A stretch of DNA of 64,000 bases from Pseudomonadota bacterium (GCA_023459095.1 JAEWVQ010000148.1:147-64146), one strand, 5' to 3'; positions 1 through 10,594 are shown, counted from the stretch's first letter. Numbers and translations: made by a program. The notes: generated by a model not told the origin, from the letters alone.

Positions 1-1202
<1,202 letters not shown>

Positions 1203-1406
1203 GGGCGCCTTTCTTGTTGGCTGCCTGCGGCGGGGTCGGGTGCCGCGCGACGGCGGCGGGGGGAACGTGACACCGGGGGCGGAGCCGCCCCGGAGGAGTT
1301 CGCGCCAGCCGGCAGGCCGGGTGCATGGAAAGCTCAATTATACACGTACCGGAAAACCGTTTCGTGACAAGCGCTTCCGCCCCCGGTGCCGTGGCCCGGG
1401 CAGGGT

Positions 1407-2501
1407 TCAGCGCTTGAGGGTGAGGTAGGCGGTGACTTCCTCGCGGTCGTGGTAGAGCTGCTTGATGCGCAGGTCGTAGGGGCCGACGCTGGCCAGGCGC
1501 TTGCCGATCAGCACGCGGCACTGCTCGACCGCGTCGAGGCGCCGCTTCATCGGCAGCTTGAGGTTGAAGATGGTGTGGCGGCAGCGTCCGGTGGCGATCC
1601 ACTCGGCCATCAGCGAGGCGATGCGGCTGGGCTGCTCGACCATGTCGCACACCATCCAGTCCACCGGTCGCGGCGGGCGCCAGGTGAAGCCGTCGGCCTT
1701 CAGGTGCTCGACCATCTCGGTGGCCATCACGCTGTCGCGCAGCGGGCCGTTGTCGATCGCGGTGACGCGGATGCCGCGGTTGGCGAGCTGCCAGGTCCAG
1801 CCGCCGGGCGCGGCGCCGAGATCGACCGCGCGCAGGCCGGCGCGCAGCAGGGTGTCACGTTCCTCCGCGCTGAGCAGGGTGACGAAGGCTTCGGCGAGTT
1901 TCAGCGTCGAGCGGCTGGGCGCGTTCGACGGCATGCGCAGGCGCGGCACGCCCATCGGCCACTCCGCGCACTGGCCGGGCAGACCGGCGGCGAGCCAGGC
2001 CGTGGTGGCGTCGGAGAACAACACGTGCAGCTCGGGCAGGCCGGTGCGGCTGGTGCGCAGGGTGCCGGCCTTCTCCAGCTCGCGCTGCAGCGGCTCGGCG
2101 AAGCGGCGGCAAAAGCCCGAGCGCTGCTTGGCCTCGTCGGTGTCCGGAGTTTCCAGCACCACCGTGGAGAAGCGCTGGTCACTCGCCTTCACCGCGGCGA
2201 CCAGCGGGGTGGCGCGGTCGCGCTCGGGCAGCTCGCCGACGCGCGCGAACCACATCAGCAGCTGGCGCGCAAACACCGGGCGCCGCCAGTCGAGGTGTTC
2301 GGCGAGGGTGCTGGCGGCGACCGGCTCGAAGGCTTCGAAGACGACGTAGCCGACGTTGGGCTGGGTGCGGACGAAACCGATCAGGCCGGCGTCGGCGGCG
2401 AGGTCGTCGAGCTCGGCGGCGAGCTCCTTTTCGAAGCCGGAGCGGCAATAGGCGAGCAGCCCGGAGACGGCGAAGCCGGAAGACAATGCGGTGGAGGACA
2501 T
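1407..2501 (-). CDS. rlmM: 23S rRNA 2'-O-ribose C2498 methyltransferase RlmM
   Basis: Track ORF 1407..2657 trimmed to the internal ATG at 2501 (MSSTALSSGF...). Blocks APSRSTLKL, DLGAAPGGWT, WMVCDMVE, IFNLKLPMK and QLYHDREEVT match E. coli RlmM. Confidence 0.9.
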   Translation of the reverse strand: MSSTALSSGFAVSGLLAYCRSGFEKELAAELDDLAADAGLIGFVRTQPNVGYVVFEAFEPVAASTLAEHLDWRRPVFARQLLMWFARVGELPERDRATPLVAAVKASDQRFSTVVLETPDTDEAKQRSGFCRRFAEPLQRELEKAGTLRTSRTGLPELHVLFSDATTAWLAAGLPGQCAEWPMGVPRLRMPSNAPSRSTLKLAEAFVTLLSAEERDTLLRAGLRAVDLGAAPGGWTWQLANRGIRVTAIDNGPLRDSVMATEMVEHLKADGFTWRPPRPVDWMVCDMVEQPSRIASLMAEWIATGRCRHTIFNLKLPMKRRLDAVEQCRVLIGKRLASVGPYDLRIKQLYHDREEVTAYLTLKR

Positions 2502-2608
2502 GGGGCGGGCGCGCCGGGGCGCTGAAGTATCATCGGGCGAAACGGCGAATGATATGTCGCCGCGGCGCTTCGTGCGAGCCGCGGCCCACCCCTGATGGAG
2601 AGCAGACG

Positions 2609-3661
2609 ATGAAAGAAAAGCAGATGGCCTACCGCGCGCTCGGCGGCAGCGGGCCACAAGTGTCGGCGGTGTGCCTGGGGACGATGACCTTCGGCCAGCA
2701 GAACAGCGAGGCCGAGGCCCACGCCCAGCTCGACCTCGCGCTCGAGCGCGGGGTGAACTTCATCGACACCGCGGAGATGTATCCGGTGCCGGCGCGCGAG
2801 GCAACCAGCGGGCAGACGGAGGCCTGCGTCGGCAGCTGGCTTGCGCGCCAGGCACGCGAGCGCGTGGTGATCGCGACCAAGGTCGCCGGCCCGGCGCGCA
2901 GCCTGCCGTGGATCCGCGGCGGCCCGCCGGCGCTCGACCGCGCCAACATCCGCGCCGCGGTCGAGGGCAGCCTGCGCCGCCTGCGCACCGATTACATCGA
3001 CCTCTACCAGCTGCACTGGCCGGAGCGCAATCAGCCGATGTTCGGGCAGTGGCAGTACGACCCGGCGAAGGAGCGCCCCTGCACGCCCATCCTCGCCCAG
3101 CTCGAAGCCCTGGCCGAGCTCGTCGCCGAGGGCAAGATCCGCCATGTCGGCCTGTCGAACGAGCATCCCTGGGGCGTGATGGAGTTCGTGCGCCTGGCCG
3201 AGGCCCACGGCCTGCCGCGCGTGGTGACGACGCAGAACGCCTACAACCTGCTCAATCGCGTGTTCGAGTACGGGCTCGCCGAGGTCTGCCATCGCGAACG
3301 CGTCGGTCTGCTCGCCTACTCGCCACTCGCTTTCGGCCATCTGAGCGGCAAGTATCTGGCCGACCCGGCGGCCGCGGGGCGGCTGACGCTGTTCGCCGAC
3401 TTCGGCCAGCGCTATGCCAAGCCCGGGGTGCAGCCGGCGGCCGCGGCGTACGCCGCGCTCGCGCGCGAGCACGGCCTGACCCCGGCGCAACTCGCGCTCG
3501 CCTTCGTGTATCGGCGACCGTTCGTGACCAGCACCATCGTCGGTGCGACCACGCTGGCGCAGCTCGAAGAGAATCTGGGGGCGTGGCACGTCGAACCCGG
3601 ACCGGAACTGCTCGCGCAGATCGACGCCCTGCATCTGCGCCACACCAACCCGGCGCCGTGA
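2609..3661 (+). CDS. NADP(H)-dependent aldo/keto reductase (Tas-like)
   Basis: Track ORF 2486..3661 trimmed to ATG 2609, which is preceded by GGAG at 2597-2600. LGTMTFGQQNSEAEAHAQLD, DLYQLHWPER and GLSNE resemble E. coli Tas. Confidence 0.85.
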   Translation: MKEKQMAYRALGGSGPQVSAVCLGTMTFGQQNSEAEAHAQLDLALERGVNFIDTAEMYPVPAREATSGQTEACVGSWLARQARERVVIATKVAGPARSLPWIRGGPPALDRANIRAAVEGSLRRLRTDYIDLYQLHWPERNQPMFGQWQYDPAKERPCTPILAQLEALAELVAEGKIRHVGLSNEHPWGVMEFVRLAEAHGLPRVVTTQNAYNLLNRVFEYGLAEVCHRERVGLLAYSPLAFGHLSGKYLADPAAAGRLTLFADFGQRYAKPGVQPAAAAYAALAREHGLTPAQLALAFVYRRPFVTSTIVGATTLAQLEENLGAWHVEPGPELLAQIDALHLRHTNPAP

Positions 3662-3675
3662 GCGCCGCGCCGGCC

Positions 3676-4020
3676 TCAGGGCGTTGCCGCAGCGGCAGCG
3701 GGCTCGGCGCTCTTTGCTGCCGGCGGCAGGTGCGGCAGCAGCGAGGGCACGGATTCGATCTTGTGCTCCATCATGTAGTCGTTCATCTCCCGCCAGCCGG
3801 CGAACACCGCGGCCTTGGGGGCTTCGGGGTTGAGGATGTAGCAGTCCTCGAGCGAGCGTCCGGCGTGACGGCAGGCGCCGCCGATGGCGCGGCCTTCCGC
3901 TTCGGTCTGGGCCGCGTCCTTGGCGGGGTTGGGCAGTTCGAGCAGTTCGCCCAGCTGCTCGCAGCCGGCAAGCAGCGGGAGCAGGGCGGCGAAGGCCAGG
4001 GGTCTGAGTGGGAAGCGCAT
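3676..4020 (-). CDS. small lipoprotein of unknown function
   Basis: 114 aa with a signal peptide and lipobox LLAGC. No family recognised. Confidence 0.6.
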   Translation of the reverse strand: MRFPLRPLAFAALLPLLAGCEQLGELLELPNPAKDAAQTEAEGRAIGGACRHAGRSLEDCYILNPEAPKAAVFAGWREMNDYMMEHKIESVPSLLPHLPPAAKSAEPAAAAATP

Positions 4021-4125
4021 GGAGCGGGGCGGAGCCGGTTAGCGAGTGTTCAAAGGTTATCGACCGTGGTCGGCAAATCTTGATGCGCCGGCCGCGGTTG
4101 GCGCAGCGTGGTTGCAGGATGTGTT

Positions 4126-4158
4126 CTTCACGTTCTGCTCACGCGCGGTGACTATAAT
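4126..4158 (+). promoter_or_regulatory. candidate ugpB promoter: TATAAT without a -35, preceded by two (T/C)TCACG repeats 11 bp apart (Pho-box-like geometry)
   Basis: TATAAT lies at 4153-4158. cTTCACG ends at 4132 and gCTCACG ends at 4143, so the second repeat ends 9 nt upstream of the -10. No TTGACA-like hexamer is present at 16-18 nt spacing. Confidence 0.3.
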
Positions 4159-4209
4159 TCGGCCCGCCGTATGATCGGCTTTCAACCTGTCTTGAGAGTG
4201 TGGAACAAC

Positions 4210-5508
4210 ATGAACGCAAATGGGGTCGGGCGCAGTTTCGGCGGTAACGTGGCAGGGGTTCTGGCTGCCGTGCTGGCGGTGTTTCCGGCGCTCGCCGGCG
4301 CCGCGCCGGCCAAGGCACCGGTGAAAGCGCCGACGGTGCAGGAAGTCGAGATCTTTCATCAGCTGCCCGAGTCCCGGGCGCAGGCGCTGACCGAGCTGGT
4401 CGAGCGCTTCAACGCGCAGAGCAAGGACGTCCGTGTGGTGATGTCGAGCGCGGACTGGCGCGGTGCGAAGACGCCGCACCTGCTGATTCTCGACGGCGAC
4501 GAGGAAGAGAGCTTTCTCGCCGGCAAGCCGCGCTTCAAGCCGCTGCACGCGCTCATGAAGGAGGCCGGGCAGCCGCTGCAGACGCTGCGTCCGCCGGCGA
4601 TGATGACGCGCACCCCGGTCGACGCCAAGGGCCAGTTGCTGGCGCTGCCGATCGGCCTGACCACGCCGGTGCTGTATGTGAACCGCGAGAGCTTCCGGCG
4701 CGCCGGGATGGACCCCGCGGCCACCCGCATGGACACCTGGTTCGATCTGCAGAACGTGCTCGGGCGCCTCGCCGACAGCGGCCACACCTGCCCATACACG
4801 GTGTCCGAGCCCGGCCGGGTGATGGTCGAGAACCTCAGCGCCTGGCACAACGAGCCGGTCGCGGCGCAGCGCGGCAAGGTGCAGGCGCCGTCGTTCAATG
4901 GCATGTTCCAGGTCAAGCACGTGGCGATGATGGCGAGCTGGACGCGGGCGCGCTACCTGCACGTGTTCGACCATAGCGCCGAGGCCGAGCGCCGCTTCGC
5001 CAGCGGCGAATGCGCGGTGATCGCGGCGCCCTCGGCGAGCTGGGCCGATTTCCGCCGCCAGGGCGGGCTCGATGTCGGCGTCGTGCGTCTGCCGTATCAC
5101 GACGACTTCCCCGGCGCACCGCAGAACACCCTGGCCGACGGCCCCGCGCTGTGGACGTCCGCGGGCAAGAAGCCGGCCGAGTACAAGGCGGTGGCGAGCT
5201 TCATCCGCTTCTGGCTGCAGCCCGACAGCCAGGTCGCGTGGCAGCGCGAGACCGGCTTCCTGCCGCTCAATCGCGCCGGCCTGCTCGCTTCGCAGAGCGA
5301 TCTGCTCGGCGATGACCTGGAGAACGTCAAGGTTGCGGTCGCGCAGCTGACCAACAAGCCGACCACCGCGACCTCGGCGGCGCAGCCGGTGGTCGAGCGC
5401 GCCCGCGTGCGCCGCATCCTCGACGAGGAACTGGCCGGGGTGTGGGCCGACCGCAAGGCCGCCAAGGAAGCGCTCGACAACGCCGTCGCACGCGCCGGCG
5501 CGCACTGA
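4210..5508 (+). CDS. ugpB: sn-glycerol-3-phosphate ABC transporter periplasmic binding protein (UgpB-like)
   Basis: Track ORF 4108..5508 trimmed to ATG 4210 (MNANGV..., signal peptide ending ALAGAAP). It aligns by eye with E. coli UgpB at PVLYVNRESFRRAGMDP, ENLSAWHNEP, GECAVIAAPSASW, WQRETGFLPLN and RRILDEELAGVW. Confidence 0.85.
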   Translation: MNANGVGRSFGGNVAGVLAAVLAVFPALAGAAPAKAPVKAPTVQEVEIFHQLPESRAQALTELVERFNAQSKDVRVVMSSADWRGAKTPHLLILDGDEEESFLAGKPRFKPLHALMKEAGQPLQTLRPPAMMTRTPVDAKGQLLALPIGLTTPVLYVNRESFRRAGMDPAATRMDTWFDLQNVLGRLADSGHTCPYTVSEPGRVMVENLSAWHNEPVAAQRGKVQAPSFNGMFQVKHVAMMASWTRARYLHVFDHSAEAERRFASGECAVIAAPSASWADFRRQGGLDVGVVRLPYHDDFPGAPQNTLADGPALWTSAGKKPAEYKAVASFIRFWLQPDSQVAWQRETGFLPLNRAGLLASQSDLLGDDLENVKVAVAQLTNKPTTATSAAQPVVERARVRRILDEELAGVWADRKAAKEALDNAVARAGAH

Positions 5509-5509
5509 G

Positions 5510-6256
5510 TTGCGCACCCGCGGCTGGCCGCTGCCGGCGGTGGTGGCGCATCGCTGCGGCGGTGCGCTGGCGCCCGAGAACACGCTCGCGGGGCTGGATG
5601 CCTCGGCGGCCTGCGGCTGCCGCGGCGTCGAGTTCGACGTCATGTTGTCGGCCGACGGCACGCCTTTCCTGATCCACGACGAAACGCTGGCGCGCACCAC
5701 CGACGGCCACGGCGCGGTGGCCGCCACCGTCGATGCCGTGCTGCGCCGCCTGGATGCCGGCGCCTGGTTCGCGCCCGCGTTCGCCGGCGAACGCCTGCCC
5801 ATGCTCGACGAGGCGCTCGAGCGCTGCGCCGCGCTCGGCCTCGCGGTCAATCTCGAACTGAAGCCGGCGACCGGGCACGAGGCGGCCACCGGGCGCACGG
5901 TGGGCCAGCGCCTGCGCACGCGCTGGCAGGATTTTCCCTGCGGGCTGGTCGTCTCGTCGTTCTCCCCGCAGGCGCTCGACGCCTTCGCCAGCGCTGGCCC
6001 CGCGGTGCCGCGCGCGCTGTTGGTGGATGCCGTGCCGGCGGACTGGCGCGCGCGCTGTGCCGCGCTCGGCGCGATCGCGCTCCATGCCGATACGCGCCGG
6101 ATCGATCGTGGTACGGTCGAGGCGGTGCGCGCGGCGGGGCTGCAGATCGCGCTCTACACCGAAGACGACCCCGCGCGTGCGCGCGCCTGGCATGCTTTCG
6201 GAGTGGCCTCGGTGATCACCGACCGCCCGGACCGCCTGCTCGGCACCGCGGCCTGA
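5510..6256 (+). CDS. ugpQ: glycerophosphodiester phosphodiesterase UgpQ
   Basis: TTG start lies 1 nt after the ugpB stop. VVAHRCGGALAPENTLAG, EFDVMLSADGTPFLIHDETLARTT and NLELKP match E. coli UgpQ. Confidence 0.85.
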   Translation: MRTRGWPLPAVVAHRCGGALAPENTLAGLDASAACGCRGVEFDVMLSADGTPFLIHDETLARTTDGHGAVAATVDAVLRRLDAGAWFAPAFAGERLPMLDEALERCAALGLAVNLELKPATGHEAATGRTVGQRLRTRWQDFPCGLVVSSFSPQALDAFASAGPAVPRALLVDAVPADWRARCAALGAIALHADTRRIDRGTVEAVRAAGLQIALYTEDDPARARAWHAFGVASVITDRPDRLLGTAA

Positions 6257-6289
6257 GCACGCCGGCGCGTGCATCGCGCGGGGGTTGCC

Positions 6290-6319
6290 TTGACGCCGCT
6301 CGCAGCCCCCCCCTAACAT
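6290..6319 (+). promoter_or_regulatory. candidate sigma70 promoter of ispB (TTGACG-18 nt-TAACAT)
   Basis: TTGACG lies at 6290-6295 and TAACAT at 6314-6319, 29 nt upstream of the ispB start. Confidence 0.35.
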
Positions 6320-6347
6320 CCCGCTTTTCCCTGCAGAGCCTTACACC

Positions 6348-7316
6348 TTGTCCGTTCAGCAGCTCTTTGCGCCGATCGCGGCCGACATGCAGGCCGTGGA
6401 TACGGTCATCCGCCAGCGCCTCCACTCCGACGTGGTCCTGATCCGGCAGGTGGCCGAGTACATCATCCACAGTGGCGGCAAGCGCCTGCGCCCCGCCCTG
6501 GTGCTGTTCGCCGCAGGGACCATGGCTTACCAGGGCGTTCGCCATCACGAACTCGCCGCGGTGGTGGAGTTCATCCACACCGCGACCCTGCTGCACGACG
6601 ACGTCGTCGACGAATCCGAGCTGCGCCGCGGCAACAAGACCGCCAACGCGCTGTTCGGCAACGCGGCCTCGGTGCTGGTCGGCGACTTCCTCTACACCCG
6701 TGCCTTCCAGATGATGGTCGGGGTGCAGAGCATGCGCGTCATGGAGGTGCTCGCCGACGCCACCAACATCATCGCCGAGGGCGAGGTGCTGCAGCTGCTC
6801 AACTGTCACAACGCCGACGTCGGCGTCGATGACTATCTGCAGGTGATCCGCTACAAGACCGCCAAGCTGTTCGAGGCGGCGGCGCGCCTGGGGGGCATCG
6901 TCGGCGGCGCCAGTGAGGAGCAGGAGCGCGGTCTTGCCGCCTACGGCATGCACCTGGGCACCGCCTTCCAGATCATCGACGACGTGCTCGATTACTCCGC
7001 CGACGAGGCCGACACCGGCAAGCACCTCGGCGACGATCTGGCCGAAGGCAAGCCGACGCTGCCGCTGATCCACGTCATGCACCACGGCAACGCCGAGCAG
7101 GCCGCGCTGGTGCGTGGTGCGATCGAGAACGGCGGCCGCGACGACTTCGCCGCGGTGCTGGCCGCGATCCAGCAGACCGGCGCGCTCGACGAGGCCCGCC
7201 GCCACGCGGGCGCCGAGGCTCAGCTCGCCAAGGACGCACTTTTTGCTCTGCCCCCTTCCATTTTCAAAGAAGCGCTGCTACAATTATCGGACTTTGCAGT
7301 TGCGAGAAATCACTGA
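6348..7316 (+). CDS. ispB: octaprenyl-diphosphate synthase
   Basis: TTG start. It carries the two polyprenyl synthase Asp-rich motifs LLHDDVVDES and FQIIDDVLDY. Confidence 0.9.
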   Translation: MSVQQLFAPIAADMQAVDTVIRQRLHSDVVLIRQVAEYIIHSGGKRLRPALVLFAAGTMAYQGVRHHELAAVVEFIHTATLLHDDVVDESELRRGNKTANALFGNAASVLVGDFLYTRAFQMMVGVQSMRVMEVLADATNIIAEGEVLQLLNCHNADVGVDDYLQVIRYKTAKLFEAAARLGGIVGGASEEQERGLAAYGMHLGTAFQIIDDVLDYSADEADTGKHLGDDLAEGKPTLPLIHVMHHGNAEQAALVRGAIENGGRDDFAAVLAAIQQTGALDEARRHAGAEAQLAKDALFALPPSIFKEALLQLSDFAVARNH

Positions 7317-7342
7317 TCGATCGCAGCAAAAAGTAAAAGTGT

Positions 7343-7419
7343 CGGGGAATAGCTCAGCCTGGTAGAGCACTGCGTTCGGGACGCAGGGGCCGGAGGTTCG
7401 AATCCTCTTTCCCCGACCA
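7343..7419 (+). tRNA. tRNA-Pro (anticodon CGG)
   Basis: 77-nt cloverleaf read by eye. The acceptor is CGGGGAA/TTCCCCG, the anticodon arm is CTGCG-TTCGGGA-CGCAG, the T-loop is GGTTCGAATCC and CCA is encoded. Confidence 0.9.
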
Positions 7420-7429
7420 TCCATTCTCA

Positions 7430-7461
7430 AAAAGCCGCTCATCGAGCGGCTTTTTGTTTTT
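7430..7461 (+). terminator. rho-independent terminator after tRNA-Pro
   Basis: Stem AAGCCGCTC / GAGCGGCTT with loop ATC, followed by TTTGTTTTT. Confidence 0.8.
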
Positions 7462-7620
7462 CCGTGCGCGCATCGCTGGTGCTCAGCGCCCCGCAAGAGC
7501 GCTGCCCCGCCGCCATCCCGCATCCCGCAAGCGGACCTTTGCTGCCGATTCGGCGTCGCCCTCCCTCCAGAATGACTACGCGCACGCGCGCATCGCCTGC
7601 ATGCGCGATGCCTCGATGTT

Positions 7621-7649
7621 TTGCTGATGACTGGATAAGTTGCTTATAT
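7621..7649 (+). promoter_or_regulatory. candidate sigma70 promoter in the AT-rich island upstream of the sulfatase gene (TTGCTG-17 nt-TTATAT)
   Basis: The hexamers lie at 7621-7626 and 7644-7649. This would give a GC-rich, hairpin-rich leader of about 190 nt. Confidence 0.25.
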
Positions 7650-7842
7650 ATTTCAGCGAAAAACTCATCAATTTCTGTCGACTAATGACCTAGATTAGGC
7701 GTCCCCCGCGCATCTGCCGATCTGCCGCAGAGCAGGGCGCCAGGGCGGGGGTATCCGCCCGATCCGGCGCGGATGCGAGCAGGCGCCGCCTGCGCCGCGG
7801 ATTGCGGGCGCGCGGTGCGGCGAAACCAACCGACAGGAGACG

Positions 7843-9543
7843 ATGATGATGAATGCGAGCAGGCTTACGGCTTCGCTGCTGGGCGTGGCGATGCTGGCGG
7901 TGGTGACGCCGCAGACGATGGCGGCCGCCGGGAGTGACGCGCAACCCGATCCGCGCCCCAACATTCTGCTGATCGTGGCCGACGACCTCGGCTTCAACGA
8001 TCTCGGCGTGACCGGAAGCGAGATCGCCACCCCCAACCTCGACCAGCTCGCGCAATCGAGCGTGCTGATGACCGATTTCCACGCCGCGCCCACCTGTTCG
8101 CCGACGCGTTCGATGCTGATGACCGGCGTCGATAGTCACCAGGCCGGGCTGGGCGAGATGGCCGAGCGCAAGAAGGCGCCCAACCAGGCCAGCCTGCCGG
8201 GGTACCAGGGCTACCTCGACGAGCGCCTGGTGACCGTTGCCGAGCGTTTGCAGGACCGCGGCTATCGCACCTTCATGGCCGGCAAGTGGCATCTGGGCAA
8301 GGGCGAGGGGCGCGAGCCGGTGTCCAAGGGCTTCGACGACTCCTTTGCGCTGCTGCAGGGCGGCGGCAGCCACTTCGCCGACATGCTCGGCTTCCAACCG
8401 ATCGAGCCGATCGCCGACTGGCGCGACAACGGTAAGGTCGTCGACAAGCTGCCGGAGAACTTCTTCTCGTCGACGGCGATCACCGACCGCATGCTGCAGT
8501 CGATCGAACGCGGCCTGGGGGAAGGCAAGCCCTTCTTCGGCTATGTCGCCTACTCGGCGCCGCACTGGCCCCTGCAGGTGCCGGCGGACTGGCTCGAGCG
8601 CTACCGTGGGCGCTATGACGCCGGTTACGAGGCCTTGTGGCAGGAACGCCACGAGCGCCTGAAGAAGCTCGGCTTGGTTGCCGCCGATGCGTCCTTGCCA
8701 CCCTTTCCGCAACACCTGAAGAAATGGGACGCGCTCACCCCCGAGCAGCGCCGTGTGGAAGCGCGGACGATGGAGCTCTATGCGGCCATGGTCGAGCACA
8801 TGGACCAGGAGATCGGCCGTCTGCTGGCGCGCCTGAAGGCGCTCGGCGTCTATGACAACACCCTCGTCGTGTTCATGTCCGACAACGGCGCCGACGCCGA
8901 CAACGTGCGGGGCATCTGGGCGCGCTACGGGCAGGAGAAGGCCGAGGCGTTCAGCCGCAAGTTCGATTTCAGCCTCGACAACATGGGGCGTCCGGGGTCC
9001 TTCGTGGTCATGACCGGAGGCTGGTCGCCGGCGCGCGCCCAACCTGGCCGTCTGTACAAGGGCTATACCACGGAGGGTGGCATCCGCGTTCCCGCGATCA
9101 TCAAGCATCCGGGTGTGGGCGGACGCAAGGGGCGTGACGGTGCATTCGCTTCCGTGCTCGACCTCGCCCCGACCTTCCTCGAACTCGCTGGCGAGCCACG
9201 CCGTGCCGAAGCGCGCGCCGGACGCATCGTGCCGGCACTGGCGGGCACATCCATGCTCCCCTATCTCGCCGGCGAGAGCGCGGCGGTGCACGGCGACGAC
9301 TACGCGATGGGCTGGGAGCTGTCCGGGCACAAGGCCTTGCGCAAGGGCGACTGGAAGCTGGTACGTCTGGCCAAGCCGTTCGAGACGCCGTCCTGGGAGC
9401 TCTTCGATCTCGCCGCGGACCCGGGCGAGACGCGCAACCTCGCCGAGCACAAGCCGGAAAAGCTCGCGGAAATGATCGCCGCCTACGAGGCCTACGCGCA
9501 GCGCGCGGGCGTCGTCGATGCGGTGTGGCCCGAGGCGCGCTGA
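7843..9543 (+). CDS. type I (formylglycine-dependent) arylsulfatase, secreted
   Basis: AGGAGA RBS and a signal peptide. The sulfatase signature is CSPTRSMLMTG (C-x-P-x-R), with NILLIVADDLG. 566 aa. Confidence 0.9.
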   Translation: MMMNASRLTASLLGVAMLAVVTPQTMAAAGSDAQPDPRPNILLIVADDLGFNDLGVTGSEIATPNLDQLAQSSVLMTDFHAAPTCSPTRSMLMTGVDSHQAGLGEMAERKKAPNQASLPGYQGYLDERLVTVAERLQDRGYRTFMAGKWHLGKGEGREPVSKGFDDSFALLQGGGSHFADMLGFQPIEPIADWRDNGKVVDKLPENFFSSTAITDRMLQSIERGLGEGKPFFGYVAYSAPHWPLQVPADWLERYRGRYDAGYEALWQERHERLKKLGLVAADASLPPFPQHLKKWDALTPEQRRVEARTMELYAAMVEHMDQEIGRLLARLKALGVYDNTLVVFMSDNGADADNVRGIWARYGQEKAEAFSRKFDFSLDNMGRPGSFVVMTGGWSPARAQPGRLYKGYTTEGGIRVPAIIKHPGVGGRKGRDGAFASVLDLAPTFLELAGEPRRAEARAGRIVPALAGTSMLPYLAGESAAVHGDDYAMGWELSGHKALRKGDWKLVRLAKPFETPSWELFDLAADPGETRNLAEHKPEKLAEMIAAYEAYAQRAGVVDAVWPEAR

Positions 9544-9580
9544 GCGCCGCCCTGGACCGGCCCGGATGCCCGGGCCCGGC

Positions 9581-10594
9581 TCAGGGGCCGCGGAACGACG
9601 CCGGCGGGAGTTGTCCGCCGACCGCGCGGAGCGCTTCGAGCACCGCAGCGACGGCCCGCGCACACGGTTCGGCATGGAGGGCGACGATGGTCGGCGACAC
9701 GCTCGTCACTGCCAGCGGCAGGGCATGCAGCGCGCTGCCGGTGGGCAGGCGGGTGACGCTGTTGTAGAACGAGGCGAACAGGCAGGTCGAGCGTTGCGCG
9801 ATCGCCGCATTGGTCACCACCGACACCGACTCGAGGAGCACCGGCGGCAGCGCCACGCCGTGGCGGGCGAACTCCGCCTCGACCGCCTGGCGCATCGGCG
9901 TGCCCGGCGGCGCCATGATCCACGGATGGCGTGCGGCATCCTGCCAGCTCACCGTGTCCTGCCCGCGCAGCGGATGCGCCGCGCTGCAGAACACCCGGAC
10001 CTGTTCATCGTAAAGCGGCGCAATCGCCAGCCCCGAGTTCATCGCCGCGGCATCGAGCCGGCAGATCACCAGATCGAGCTCGTGGCGCTGCACCTGCGGG
10101 AGCAGGCGGTCGAGCGTGTTCTCGTGCAGCCGGATCTGCAGCGGTCGGCCGTGGCGCTCGAGGTAGGCCAGGGTGTCGGGGATCAACACCAGGGCCATGC
10201 CCGGCAGAATCCCGACGCTGACGCTGTGGCCGAAGCCCTGGCGCAGGGCCGCGAATGCCGGCTCGACCGCACGCAGTTGCGCGAGCGCCTGGTCGACCGC
10301 GTCGAGCAGGGCTGCGCCGAACGCGGTGGGCGCGACGTGACGTGTGGTGCGTTCGAACAGCACCGCCGACAGCGCGCTTTCCAGATCCTGCAGCCACCGG
10401 GAAATCGCCGATTGGGTAAGCGCGCAATGTTCGGCGGTCTGGCTGAAACTGCGCGTGCGGCCGAGCAGGCTCAGCGTCTCCAGATCGCGCAGGCGCAGCC
10501 GGCGCAAGGCCTGGGGCAAGCGCAGCGCGGCATCGCGCTCACCGCTCTCGCCGCTCGGGACGGGGGGCGGTCCGGGAGGGCGCTGCGGGCTCAT
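9581..10594 (-). CDS. LysR-family transcriptional regulator
   Basis: HTH region LRDLETLSLLGRTRSFSQTAEHCALTQSAISRWLQDLE followed by a LysR substrate-binding-type C-terminus. It is divergent from the cytochrome gene. Confidence 0.85.
   Translation of the reverse strand: MSPQRPPGPPPVPSGESGERDAALRLPQALRRLRLRDLETLSLLGRTRSFSQTAEHCALTQSAISRWLQDLESALSAVLFERTTRHVAPTAFGAALLDAVDQALAQLRAVEPAFAALRQGFGHSVSVGILPGMALVLIPDTLAYLERHGRPLQIRLHENTLDRLLPQVQRHELDLVICRLDAAAMNSGLAIAPLYDEQVRVFCSAAHPLRGQDTVSWQDAARHPWIMAPPGTPMRQAVEAEFARHGVALPPVLLESVSVVTNAAIAQRSTCLFASFYNSVTRLPTGSALHALPLAVTSVSPTIVALHAEPCARAVAAVLEALRAVGGQLPPASFRGP

Noticed and set aside
4057-5919. 620-aa minus-strand ORF overlapping ugpB/ugpQ. Similar long ORFs lie at 7690..9675 (-), 14075..16540 (+), 17685..19949 (+) and 18710..20458 (+), with the alternative frame at 18714..20468 (-).
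   Set aside because: All lie opposite or out of frame to genes with clear homology (UgpB/UgpQ, sulfatase, BT1/LrgB, Gate protein, MCP). They have the Arg/Gly/Ala/Pro/His-rich composition typical of stop-poor non-coding frames in ~68-70% GC DNA.
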